This document shows positions 50,308 through 62,823 of a DNA stretch of 64,000 bases, one piece after another. Origin of the DNA: Dimorphilus gyrociliatus (Eukaryota > Animalia > Annelida). Numbering within the stretch: position 1 is the first letter of the stretch; each line of letters starts with the position of its first letter. A program made the position numbers and the translations under genes. The stretch covers positions 1 through 64,000 of the forward strand of contig CAJFCJ010000003.1 of the NCBI GenBank assembly GCA_904063045.1, in the 5' to 3' direction. A model generated the notes under the pieces. The model did no database searches. It saw only the letters and a list, made by a program, of their open reading frames with translations, and was not told where the DNA came from.

Positions 50308-50787
50308 AGTAGGTAGGAAATAAATTTAAGAAAAAAATTTTTTCTGTTGGAAATTGTTTTAAACGTCGATTTTGGTGTATTTTTTCTGTGACTGCTTTCC
50401 AAAATCAACTGGGACTCTTGAAATGTGAGAATCCTGTTTCTCTTTTTTGATTTAGTCAAAAACAACATTTGCTGACCAAAACCTAACCTAACCCTATTTA
50501 AAAGAAATTCTTCAAGTTTTAAAAACAGCTTTATGAAATTTGTTAGAATTCAAAAGCTTTTAGAAAATGAAACTATTACATTTTTAGACATATAGAAATA
50601 TAAAAAAGGACATTTGTTAAGAGATTGTTGAATGGCTTTCAATATATGAAAGAAGGTTTTATACTGTGAAATCATTCATAAATTTTCCCACAGTAAATTG
50701 TAAGACATTAAGATCCGTATAAATTTGAATGTATATAAAGGGAGCAAGCAGATTGGTTTCAATCAAAATATTTTTAAGTTTGAAAGA

Positions 50788-52080
50788 ATGATGTTAAAGA
50801 ATTTACTGCATTGTGTACTGCTGGTTCATTCTGTCTTAGCACAAGTTATTTTCAATGAAGTTGATTTTGGAGGATCAAAAGTTGAAATGATTGCTTTGCC
50901 TGGTTCCTATCCAAGTACTAAAGCACATATTATCTCAGGCGCCAAAGTTAGAAAGTACGCCTTTCTGATTGGTGCAGACTATCAAACTGAAACTATTTTT
51001 AAGAAAAATATTCCATCCTTTCCAAAAACTGAACAATTTTTACTCGTTTTTTATAAAGGTAGGATAATGATATTAATATTATTTAACAATTCTATAAATC
51101 CAAATCATACTTTTCCAAAATCTTTTAGAACAGTCAGATAGTGATACCACTCTTTATGCTGACTTTGTAAAAGAAAATATTTTAGATGCTATTGTTTTCT
51201 CACCCACTCAAAATGATCCAAATCAATTCTCTGACAAAATACCAGAATGGGACAATAAAGTTCTCTACATTTCTAATGGTGCAAATGCATTTTCAAAGTG
51301 TTTTAAACAGGAACCATTCATTCCAAATTATTGGTTTGAGAGGCCTGTTACTTTGTTGACAGCAAATGATTGTCCTGAAGGTATTATTTCATACATTATT
51401 CTACATGCAAATTGATTATTTTATTAACATTCAATGCAGTTGACCCAAATGCGGGTGGGGATCCACATTTCTCCCAAAAGGTTGTTGATTCAAAAACTAG
51501 GAGAATGATGAATATTTGTTATGATATTGTTGGCAAAAGTAGTCAATCAATTAATATTTTGAATGATAATTCTACAAATACAAATGTTCAAGGTGTCCTT
51601 AAAGATGATTATTACATGCATCAGATTATTATTCAATATAAAGGTGGAGTGATTATTGTTGATAATACATTCATTCAAATCAATAATAAAAAAATGAAAT
51701 GGGCCAACCTGGTTAAATACAAAGTTCATTTTGCCACTGTTCATGTTAAGTCAACTGAAGAAATTCAAATTGAAACATTTTATAAAAAATTCAAAATAGT
51801 CACAATTGTCAAAAAAGAGTTTAAATCATACAGTGGCTCATTTCTTAATGTTTACTTTGAAGAATTGAATGTATTTTATGAAAATCTTGGAGGATTAATT
51901 GGAGATATTGGAAAAAAGACATACATTTTCAATGATGAAATCCAAGTAAATTCAAATAATGTTAGAGTTGATAATATTGAAATTGAATCAACTGTTACAA
52001 GAAGATGGCTGAATGAGTGTTATCTCCTTCCAATAGCAGAACTAATACATCCTAAAACAATATCAGATTATATTCACTAA
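50788..52080 (+). CDS. Secreted protein with GGDPHF motif and ITIH-heavy-chain-C-terminal-like domain; exons 50788-51058, 51129-51380, 51440-52080
   Basis: Signal peptide MMLKNLLHCVLLVHSVLA. GT-AG introns of 70 and 59 bp join the frames. DPHF...NICYDIVG resembles the ITI_HC_C start. TATA box at 50732. Confidence 0.8.
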
Positions 52081-52309
52081 TCAAAATTCTTAGCCAAGCA
52101 GCAAAATCTACTGACTACACACCAAGGAATAATGAAAAAATTTAATCTATTTGACAGACTTAGGATTGTAATTGGGTAAAGATAATCAAAAAAACTTTTT
52201 TCTCATGTTATTATTGGTGTTTATTGTTAATAAATGTAGATTTAATTATTAATTCCAAGTCTTAGATCTCTTTATCATTTATTTTTACAGACCATTGTGT
52301 ACCATTTTT

Positions 52310-52860
52310 TGTGGGGTGCCACATACATTGATTTGGGTTCAGTTTAAGGCTCCCTACTGGCCAATCAATGGGCTTGATTTCATTCCTTTCAAAGGCCCTT
52401 TTTGTTTTTTTCAGGTCCACTTAGCAAGAATCTAGCCTCATCAGAAAAAATAACTTTTGACCAGTCTATATTCTTCCTAACAATTTTTAGACAATAATCT
52501 TTTCTTCTTTTGCAATCATTAGAGGTGAGATTTGTTCTTTATCTGATTCTTTTTTACTTGAAATATTGTCTATTCAGCTCCCTCTGAATGATTCTAACTC
52601 TTACATCTAGTTATAATTCTTTTGATGTCTTTTCGTTATAGTCTTTAACTTTTTGATGGTCCTTTTCACCATGGCTATATCTGTCCAAAAACCTCTTTGG
52701 TCCACCTCTATTGTCTTGCTCTAGCTGCTTATACTTCATGATATTGCTGATTGTTGATGGTGGCATTTCCAAAACTCTTGCTGTTGCCCTTAATTTCCCT
52801 ATTTATTTATTTTTTTTACTACGAGATCCCCAATATCTTTACTCTACATCATACCTAAAA
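52310..52860 (-). pseudogene. Tc1/mariner transposase remnant
   Basis: The minus strand translates to ATARVLEMPPSTISNI (HTH), GGPKR and RRKDYC...DWSKVIFSDEARF (first catalytic Asp motif), with in-frame stops. Confidence 0.85.
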
Positions 52861-53179
52861 AAAATACAACAAAAACTATATAATGTAATTAAAATAATCA
52901 CTAAGTAGGAAACTTAAGTTGGAAAAACCAATATGTGCACTCATATTTAGACTTTAGATATAAAGATACTTTAGAAAGACTTTTATTTTGTAGGAATTAG
53001 AATGGTCGAACTTTGGAAAGACTTCTAAAGAGCTAGTTTCAAAATTTGATTGGATTTATTGTTAGAAGGGCTCCTATTTAAGGTTAGCATATATTAATAA
53101 CATAGATATTACACTCAACTTCAGATATATTGAGGTAGACTTGAATCCTCCAAGAGTATGTTTGCTCACCCACCCAGTA

Positions 53180-53295
53180 TCATTAAAGTATACAGAGGTT
53201 TAGCTATTCTTGCAAAATGTTTTATAAACTTTCTGTAAGAGCCACAAAAAGCTACAATGCTCCGTAGAGAATTTACAAAAATTGGGGGCATTAAC
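53180..53295 (-). pseudogene. Ty3/gypsy pol fragment (RT thumb/connection)
   Basis: LRSIVAFCGSYRKFIKHFARIAKPLYTL matches the lrsFLG..gYYRrFI..fa.ia.PL..L pattern. Confidence 0.7.
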
Positions 53296-53798
53296 AAGAA
53301 GAATGTGAGCAACAAATTGCTGAATTGGTAAAAAGCAAAGATATTTTCTTTTGAAAACTGTTTGATAATGCTGCTTGTAGGTAAAAGAAATAACAATATT
53401 AACTTTTTTAATAGACGATGCCATTATTTTTTAACTATAATTCATAAATGTACAGTTAGATATAATAAAATAGGATAAGCATGAAATATAACAAAAGTTG
53501 TACATTAGTATTCAACATATTCATGTGTTCAGTTTGATTATGGTTTAGGCTTGAAAATAATAAAATAGGGCATTTTTCAAACTTTGAATGAAATCTCCTG
53601 AAAGCAGCAAAGCCAGAAAAACTACACTATAATTGTTTCAAGTCTATAGTATATTGGAAACTATGCACTCTTATGCTAAACTAAAAATACTTTGCTATCT
53701 CTATCAGGTTGAACTTTTAAAAACCAACAAAAGAGTTATGTTTAAATTAGGTTTCCTATAGAAATGTATTAGTGAACTGTATTATGAAATTGAGCAGT

Positions 53799-54292
53799 TT
53801 ATTTTCTGAGTTCAAAAAATCTGGTTACACCACATCTACTTGCACATACTCCAGTCAAGCCTGATGCTCTACAAGCAGCATAACATATGATATTCAAATT
53901 TTTCTCATTTTTCAACTAAAAAAAACACAAACAAAATATAAATAGCCAGGTGAATCTTTTCTAAAATTAAGATTTGACTTACCATTTTCAATTTAGACAA
54001 CAGAATAGATCTTGGTGTATTGCAAGTTGAACCAGCATTTGCTCTACTTCCATCAATTCCAGTCATTACAAACTCACAAATAACAGCTGCTTCAAAACTA
54101 TCCAATTCATCACTCTTTTTTGAATTAAATGTTATTGTTAAAAAGAAAAAGTTGGATTGAAAGAAATTATCAATACTAACACCTCTCTTAACCAGTTCTT
54201 CCCTTCCTCTCTCTCAGCAGATCAAGTACAGAGGAACTTTGGTATACTTGCAGAACCAGTGCAATAACAAAAATCACTGATACAAATTTCAT
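53799..54292 (-). CDS. Small secreted Cys-rich protein, multi-exon (first intron acceptor unresolved)
   Basis: ATG at 54292 gives signal-like MKFVSVIFVIALVLQVYQSSS. A clean 67-bp GT-AG intron (53916-53982) joins ...STCNTPRSILLSKLKM to LKNEKNLNIICYAACRASGLTGVCASRCGVTRFFELRK. TATA at about 54363-54370. Confidence 0.5.
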
Positions 54293-54514
54293 ATCTTTAC
54301 TTTGGCAGTTGTGTGAATGATAATTTTTACTAAAATGATAATTTTTACTAAAGACTTTTCTCTTTATATAGATTTATGATTTAAATGAAATAAGATATAC
54401 AATCCACATATTCTGTTAATTGTTGGACTTGTCATATTAAAATTGTTACATCTTATGCAACTCTCCAAGTTTCGAAATTCAACTATTATTTAGAAGAGGA
54501 AAACAATAAAAACC

Positions 54515-54660
54515 CTTTAATTGTTTTAAATGTCGATTTTGGTGTATTTTTTCTTTGACTGCTTCCCAAAATCGATTGGGCCTCTTGAAAGGTGAGAATT
54601 CTGTTTCTCTCTTTTTATTTAGTAGAAAAAAACCTTTTGCAAACCCTAATCAAGATTAGG
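54515..54660 (+). mobile_element. 5'-truncated 3' end of a family E unit (no HHR), ending in AAACCCTAA
   Basis: Clearly similar to 50352-50480 (TTGTTTTAAA.GTCGATTTTGGTGTATTTTTTCT.TGACTGCTT.CCAAAATC...). Confidence 0.8.
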
Positions 54661-56978
54661 TATTTAACGATCTAACAGGCGAATTAGCTGTAAGAAAACT
54701 CAAAGAATGTCAATCATATATGCATAGATTTGGACTTGAAAAGTCTCAATACATGAATCTGGTAAAACGTTCAAATGATGAAAAAGGCGTCAACTTGAGC
54801 TATAAGAACAAATAAATAAATGATCTGATTCTGATCATTGAAGAAATAGGAATCAGTGATGATGCCTTGCTTTTTGATATTATGATCAAAGATTGTATGA
54901 GAATGAAATAAACACATTCTTTAAGTCAAAATCACAATCACTTTCAGATGACTGTCAAGTTTCAAGTGGGAAAATGTTCAACTTAAATATAACTTTCGAA
55001 AATTTAGATTCAGAAGTTGCAAAGGCAAAACTCAAAGTAGTTCCAGCTAAGTCAGTTGACATTAAATTTGTCCAACAAAAATCAGCTCTTTTGAGGCTGG
55101 TCAAATTGAATACTAAACTGAAAGATGGTGAGTTATTTAAAAATGACAGTGATAAGTTTGAAAAACTGAAAAGATCGCAGCTTCTGAAGGAATTAGGTAA
55201 GCTAAAGTCAGATGAAATGCTGTGCTGTATCATGTTTGAAAACACTTGTGTTGATCAGGTAGAAAACATTATCAAAAACTGTAATAAAACTATTGCGTTT
55301 GTTATTTGCTTCGAAGTCATTTGTAATTATTTTCATAGTGATCTAGAACAAGATCAAGCTAACTGAAGTTTTGATCAATTGAACCAATTGAATAAGCAGA
55401 AATTGTCATCAATTTGCTTTGAGAACATAATTTTGAATTCTCTTTAGAATTTGATTATTTATTGGACAAAAATGTTGAGTTCATTTTGGAAAATGCCAGT
55501 CTGGAGGAAAAAGACATAAAAATCAAAGACAAAAAGAATATTAAAGACATGCACATCAACAATTCTCTCTCTACACTGGAATTGAACATATTTATCTTAA
55601 GAGGAATTGAATTCATTATTCTTGCAGAAGAGAAAAAGTTTGTTCCATTGTGCATTATAAGTCCTGTGGCTTCTCTTGGTTTAGGTCAAGCGATGCTTGG
55701 TTGTGCTTTGATAATAACTGGTTTTGGCGCCTCCTTGAGAACGGCAATAGTTGCAGAAGGAATAGCACACATGGTAGTAGTGGCATATAACACACACTGC
55801 ACATAGCTATTTCAGTGGAACCATTACTGTCAAAAGAAAGCAGTTGGTCTGGCCATATCCGCTGTCTCTATGGGGATGTCAATTATGAAGGATGATGCCA
55901 AGGGTATGAAGGCATTAGTAACTGGTAGTGAGAAAGAAATGATAGAATAATCTGCTACTCAGATCATCACCAATAACAAAGCCATTGCATCAAAACTGAT
56001 AAAAACGGGTGCAAATTTGAAGAGTTTGGCTAGTAAAGGCGTGGGTGTTGAATTTAGAGAGGCCGTGGCAAGGAAGGGTTTAAGCACAGGCGTCCAGCTT
56101 TTGTTCGATTTTTCATTTGAAAGAATAAAACCTTCACTTTCCGAATCAGTGGAGTCACACATTAGGAGTTCATTTCACAACGCAAACCTCAAATGTTTAT
56201 TGTATAAAATGTATGCCATTGATTTAGTTGTGGGCTCAGAGAAACTTCTTTGTAGAGTTGAACAGTTCGTATCTGATATTATTAATCAAGAAGAATTCAA
56301 CACCACTATCTTGTAGACGGGGAACAGAATTCAGATAGTCAAAAAGTTGATGAAGAGAATTTAGCTGCAAGGGAGCAGGAGTTTCTGGCGAATTATGGCA
56401 AGTACAGAACATTTCAACAGCAACTCAACTACAACAGCAGGGACTATTGCATAGCATATAGTCAATAAATAAGCGAATAAATCTTACAAGCAAATCAGGA
56501 GTATGCTAAAAACTCAACAGACAAAACAGTCCAGAAAAGAGCTAATGACATTCGACAAGGAAAAGCAGATATAATAGCTGCTGCTAAACGTTACAGAATC
56601 ATATTGAAAATTGTAGACAGTTTAAAGTACAGCTTAATCAGAGAAGATGTCGAAAATAAAGTTAGAGTTATATATGTTCAATTTGATTATAGTTTAGACA
56701 TTCGTGATATCTTTTACGTGAATGATGGAGGCTGTGTGGTTGAAATAACAGCCAGTCGTGAGATAAACGACTATCCCTTTGATGCTTTCAGTCATATTCT
56801 TGACAAGCAGGGCATCAGCAAATCCCTCATTAATGTTCGGGGTGTGACTGCCAAATATATGGAATTAAACTGCAATTACTTTTATGAATACATTAGACAA
56901 AAAGCCGGTGTGAGAACTGAGACAACGACAGATTATATAACTAAAGAGTTTTGGCGTTATGAAACAATGTCACAATAG
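54660..56978 (+). pseudogene. Decayed C-terminal part of a large protein resembling eukaryotic SecA-domain giant proteins (Gly/Ala-rich hydrophobic segment)
   Basis: ORFs at 54893, 55462, 56017 and 56604 join through stops and frameshifts: GLGQAMLGCALIITGFGASLRTAIVAEGIAHMV...FQWNHYCQKKAVGLAISAVSMG. Family assignment is from memory only. Confidence 0.45.
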
Positions 56979-58700
56979 AAAACTGGAATTTTGGAGAATT
57001 GTGCTTTTTAAGCTCTAAATTGTTCCATAAAAGAAGACGATCAACTGAACCCTAAAACGTATGGACGACATTAATTACAGATTCATATTCACAAGACCAA
57101 ACAACTATATATATGTGTGTGTGTCTGTATAAGTTTTAAGCCTAAAATAATTTTGGAGACCTCTGTGTAACCTTTTATTTAACCCTAACTACAAACTACA
57201 AATGTCAAATTTTCTATAGCGCAAGATGTTGCTCAATATTTATCCATTTAAAAAAAAAACAGACCTGCGTAGTCTCAAATGAAAATCTGACTAATAACAA
57301 ATATGTGGAAATTTTTCAAACAATAAAGCTTTCAAGTTGACCATATCTCTAATAATCTATCAATAATTATTTAAATTTCTATTTCATTTTCAGTCAGAGT
57401 CTCTTCCAGAGACGATCTAATTAACCTCATCATCATCTTCTACTGAAAAAGTAATAGCAGCCGACCGGGGTTGGCTAACCCTAACAAAAACGTTTATAGG
57501 GCGCCTTCCAGGTGCTTAGATGTGGAACTATAATCCCTGTATCATTCAGCCGGAGTTTGAGTATGGGAAATTTTACCGAATTGTTCAGAAACCAAGATCA
57601 ACAAACGTCCCTCTCACATCCCTGATTGTTCTTGTTTTATTTAGCAGTCTGCATGTCAATTTTCATTGTAAGAGAATCTGTCAATGTAGAATGGTTAATA
57701 TGTTGTTCCAGGTCAGTTCGTAACTTGGGCTCTTTTACAAGGCACTCCACTTGATGAGTTTGAAGGATACACGAATAAAAGTTCACTTTCCAGTCTTGCT
57801 TTATAATGGATTGGTAGAAAATCCGACCACGTTTAAGCTGTACTTGCCTGCGTATCTTTACTGAGACACAGATACAAGTTATGCGCTTACAGGCGCTACC
57901 CAAAAATAACAAAATAAAACCGAAAACGTTAACAATTGAATGCGAAGGTGGAGATGATATTCTGTATATTTAAGCTTATTCAATAATGCTTATACTAATT
58001 AAACGTTAATTGCAACTGTTATCAATTCAATAGATAAAACTATGGATAAAAGTTATGGCGACCCAAAAAAAGCTTTTGTCCTTTCACTAGGCCTACCATT
58101 TCAAAAGACACCCTTATGCTATTTTATTAGAAAAATACTAGAATTTCGTGCGACGACAACTGATGAGGACAGTTTATAAGCTATGAAATGGTTCAGTATT
58201 TAGAATCTGCTTGAACCGTAAGCATCTCGATAGCAAGTTTATGGAATGATCTAATTCTTCGAAATGAACAATTTTTTATTATCTAAACTAGATAATGGAT
58301 AATGCCGTCAACTCTTTGTCCTCTTAATCGTCCTCTGTACGTTTTACGTGGAAGTGTTGACTGGCTGGTCAATATTATCTCTATTATTGTATGCTAAAAA
58401 AAGCGTTTAATAGCGCGAATCTGTGTTTTATTTAAAGAATTATGTTGGTAAAAACTGGAACGGTAGTATTACAACCTAATAACCCCGATAGCGTATACGC
58501 GATACACAAAACACCACCTTAAATTTGCTCATATTAGCAAGATAATATAAATCCGATAGGTGATATACTAAATTAATTGAGTAGTTAACTAGTAAAAGGT
58601 TACGGTGTTCGAAAATTGTTTGTATAAATACTGCAGACGAACAATTAGAAGCGTTTTGAATTGTGATAGAGAGAGAGAGAGAGGAGACTAAAACTTCGGC

Positions 58701-59873
58701 ATGTCAACAGTACTTATATTCTCAATAGTCTTTTTATGCTGTTGTATTAATCTGGGCACTCTTGCACAATTTACTGGATTCAATTTCAACGGCAAAAGTA
58801 AAATTGCCACTGAAGGAGTTCCATTTTCTATTCCTGTTACAATTGAAAACCCAACAACCGATTTAGATTGTCATGTTCTTATACAGACAAGTTTGAAATT
58901 AGAAGCAACGACAAATGATATCTTTCCAGCTGGTCAAGTGAAGACAATAAACTTTCTTTTCGTATTTGATTCCTCAATAGCCGACAAACCTTGCTCAACT
59001 GCAATTGCTCAATTGGAACTTAGGTGTAGTATGGGTTCTTTCAAGAAGGATATCGAGACTATTAGAGTTAAAGATGCGGATGGTACTGGTTGCGACGACC
59101 CTCATTTTAAACAAATCATTCAAGGTGTAGATGGTTCTAATTTGCAAACTATTCAAATGAACGTTTGTTACGATCTCTACGGAAATTCTGGCGATATATA
59201 TGAAATTCTAACTGACAATATTCTTGATTTGTCCTTATTTATTCAACTCAGAGGCGATTATTATATTGGTAGAATACTCTTGAAAACTGCTGACGGATTT
59301 ATTAATATTTCAACTCAATTGATTTCTTTACCAAACTATCTGACATTCGATTGGAATTCCGGTCAGTTTACGCCTGTCGAATCAAATATCGCTTCACTAG
59401 TCCATGTACAATTCAATGAAAATGGCGATATATATATCAATTCTATTAGTAACAATGAGCGAGAAGAACGCTTCTTTGCTATTGAGATTAGTAGAGTTTA
59501 TCAAAAAATCGGTAAATATTATCTCAATTTTCGTCTAAAAACAAACAGTGGTAGGGGAAACAATGACGGAGTTCTCGATGATACCTACACTGGACTCATG
59601 GCTCATGTCTATAATTCTCGATATAAATTCTATTATCCCGTTCAAGAATTTCATACAAACACCGTTGTTAACGTCAATGGTCGTTTTGTTCAAGCATGGA
59701 TGAAAAATTCACCGACAATAGTCAAAGTAGACGAAGATAACGAAAAAGATGAATCAGATAATAAGATTTCAAGTTCAAGTTGTATATCTGTTCGATTAAA
59801 CGATTTAATTTATCCGAAAACTGCCAAACATTTCAAAATAAAAACATTGAATAAGAACATTCTTCCTGCTTAA
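58701..59873 (+). CDS. Intronless secreted protein (390 aa) with DDPHF motif and ITIH-C-like domain, different N-terminal beta domain
   Basis: Signal peptide; DPHF...MNVCYDLYGNSGDIYEIL; C-terminal LIYPK shared with its paralogues. TATA at 58623. Confidence 0.85.
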   Translation: MSTVLIFSIVFLCCCINLGTLAQFTGFNFNGKSKIATEGVPFSIPVTIENPTTDLDCHVLIQTSLKLEATTNDIFPAGQVKTINFLFVFDSSIADKPCSTAIAQLELRCSMGSFKKDIETIRVKDADGTGCDDPHFKQIIQGVDGSNLQTIQMNVCYDLYGNSGDIYEILTDNILDLSLFIQLRGDYYIGRILLKTADGFINISTQLISLPNYLTFDWNSGQFTPVESNIASLVHVQFNENGDIYINSISNNEREERFFAIEISRVYQKIGKYYLNFRLKTNSGRGNNDGVLDDTYTGLMAHVYNSRYKFYYPVQEFHTNTVVNVNGRFVQAWMKNSPTIVKVDEDNEKDESDNKISSSSCISVRLNDLIYPKTAKHFKIKTLNKNILPA

Positions 59874-61520
59874 AGGAACAGATTACAAGATTGTGTTCAA
59901 TTTTTCGCTATATCGGTCGAAAACATTTGAGAATGCACCTTCTCAATACAGAACGAGTATATTTCGATAGTCTTTGAAAAAATACTCCTCCACCATCGTT
60001 GTCAGTAAATAAGAAGAGGTTAATTATAAGGATATTAAGGTAATCGTTATATCTTCTTATTGGGCGAAAATGTACATTTACCGAAATTTTAATGCTAGAC
60101 AATTGAAATTAGACATAGTAGTAGATATTCAAATCGTCAATGAGAATTCAATGTTAGTAGTTGTTCAACGTTCACGATTCTCTTTCGCTACCATCATCAG
60201 TTCAGAGAAATTGTCCAGCATGTGACGAGTCTGTTTATTCATTCCATTCTGGCGTTGAATTTTCGCAAAGGTATAAGATGCAATCTGCTGATCATTGTGT
60301 TACGTGCCAAGTTACGTGGATGCGGAAGATGGGCTTTAGAATATTCAGCTGCCAACAAAGAAGAAACAACTTTAAAAGTTTCTTTTCAGGCGTTCGGGCA
60401 TTTCTACTGTTGGAATTATTTCATTTATTACTAAATTAGTATTAATTCTTCTCTTCAGCACTTTTACTCTTTTGCACTATTATAATTGTTATCTGTTAGA
60501 CAATAACGGCTGCTATCCAACCCGACGACGTCTTTGAGAAGGATGAACACAGAAAACAGACAGTCATTCTCCTTGTTAGAGTTTCTAATTTTGGTGGAAG
60601 GACGAAACGAAAAAAACAGCTGCAAATCAGTAGGCCTAAATAAGCAGAGAATATTACCTTATACATTATATATTTAAGATTCTTTGGCATAAAGTTCTTT
60701 ACCTAAATAAGCGATAGCTGAGAGCTGAGACTCTCATATATCATAATCCCATCGTGAACAAATGTTATGGATAGGGTTTTGTATTAGATAATTTACAATC
60801 AATTTTATCGATCAGTGTAGAAGAGAGAGTGGGAAAAAAAACGATTAAATATCTCAGAAAAATTTGTCCTTGCAAACATCTGTTGTGGGCTCTCGTACTC
60901 TGTTCATAATTTCCCGTTCAATTTTATCTCTTAGACAGGGTTGAAATGAAAAGAACTCGCCTTAGAGAAAAGATTCAATCTGTTGTTGGAATACAATTTC
61001 TTTATTGTAAATATGTTGTTCTTGTCTAAAAGGGGAGAGATTTTAGAAAAGTTTTACCGCACGCAACTAGCAACTAGGTAGAAATTCATTTTCATTCATA
61101 GACGATAACGCAAATTGAAAATTTACGCCTATATCTCTTTCGAGCAAGAAAGAGTCTGTCTATACAGCAAACTCTACGAAAGATTACTTGTTTGGCAAGT
61201 GGACGGAGAAGGTTAAAAATGATTGACAAAACCTTTTTTAATATAAAGTGAATACTTTTGAATAGAAATTATGAATCACATTCTTCAAAACATGCACAAT
61301 TCGAGTCAGCATTTATCTTTTCAGCCATTAAGAAAAGCTTAAGAATTTCAAGTTCAAAGAGATAAATAAGTTGAATAGAAACACTCTCGTCTTTCCCATG
61401 ACATACTTAAAGCATGAATTGGTGTGAAATGTATATAAATATAAGAAGCTGTTTAGACAGAGAGACGATGAAAAATATTTGAAATTTGAATTTTGGAACG
61501 GTACCATCCTTTTGGGCGTA

Positions 61521-62823
61521 ATGGCTTTTCAATTAATCTTTACCTGCTCATTAATTGTTGGCTGCTTCTCGGCAAAGTTTTTATTCAATGAAATGCGACT
61601 GTTAACAAGACAACTTGAATATACTATTCTGGAGGATGGCGTGTATTCGAACATATTCCTATATATGTTTAGCTCGGATGAAAATTTCCCACAATTGATC
61701 TCTGACGTAATTGACGAAGGTAAAAATGTTGGATCTCTTAATTTGGCTGGTGTTAATGCGTTACCGAGTAATAAACAAGTGGCAATAATTTTTTACCAAG
61801 GTTAATTAGATTTACATAATTGTGATTAGCAGTATGATAATATACTAATTTTCCAAAAATAGGCACGTGCCCAACTTGTTTTGTTGCCTTTAACGACCTA
61901 GTTGAAGGAAATATTCATGATTCAATTGTTGTTTCACCAATTGAAAATGATGCCAATAAATTTTCAAGCAAGCTGCCACAATGGAACAACAAAGTCTTGT
62001 ATAATTCTGGTAGTTTGGAATTATCCAGATGTTTTTCAACAAGTCCTAGTGTTCCCGATTATTGGTTTAGTGGAAGGACTGGAACATTTTTGGCTCCAAA
62101 TGATTGTCCTGCAGGTTGAAAACGAATATTAAATTTTTAAATGTTCACTTTTGTAAATTAAAAATCTTTTATATCGCTTCAACAGAAGATCCAAACGCAG
62201 GTGGCGATCCTCATTTCTTGCAAAAAGTATTCGATGGGAAAACTAAACAGTTGACAAACATTTGCTATGACGTGTTTGCAGAAAGCAACGAACTCATTTC
62301 TATTCTCCATGATAACTTAACCAATTCAGACGTTCAAGGTGTCCTAAAAGACGACTACTATATGCATCAGATTATAATTAGATACAAAGGCGGATTGATT
62401 GTCGTTGATTCATCATTTATTATGTTGAACAACCACAAATTGGAATGGGCTGTATCTAAATACAATTTCGACAATTTAGTAATCGCAGTGTCAAAAAGAG
62501 AAGTGTCTATTCAGACATCGTACAAAAATTTCAAGCTGACTACAATAGTTCGCCGAGAATTCAAACAACATACCGGCTCTTTTCTCAATGTCTTTTTCGA
62601 GGGCATGGACGCGTTTTCTGGCCGATACAATGGCCTAATAGGAGATATTGGAAAGAGGAAATATATTATAAATGATGGTATCCAATCGAATGGCAAAAGT
62701 GTTTGGCTTGATGGTGATACGATTATAGAAGGCAGGGTTACTAAAAGATTTTCAAGTGAATGTATTCTTCTACCAGTAAACCAGTTGTTGCATCCAAAGA
62801 AACTATCCGATTATGTTTATTAA
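61521..62823 (+). CDS. Paralogue of the 50788 gene; exons 61521-61800, 61863-62114, 62186-62823
   Basis: Signal peptide MAFQLIFTCSLIVGCFSA. Same intron positions and phases (62 and 71 bp). LPQWNNKVLY versus IPEWDNKVLY, plus DPNAGGDPHF. TATA at 61432. Confidence 0.8.
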
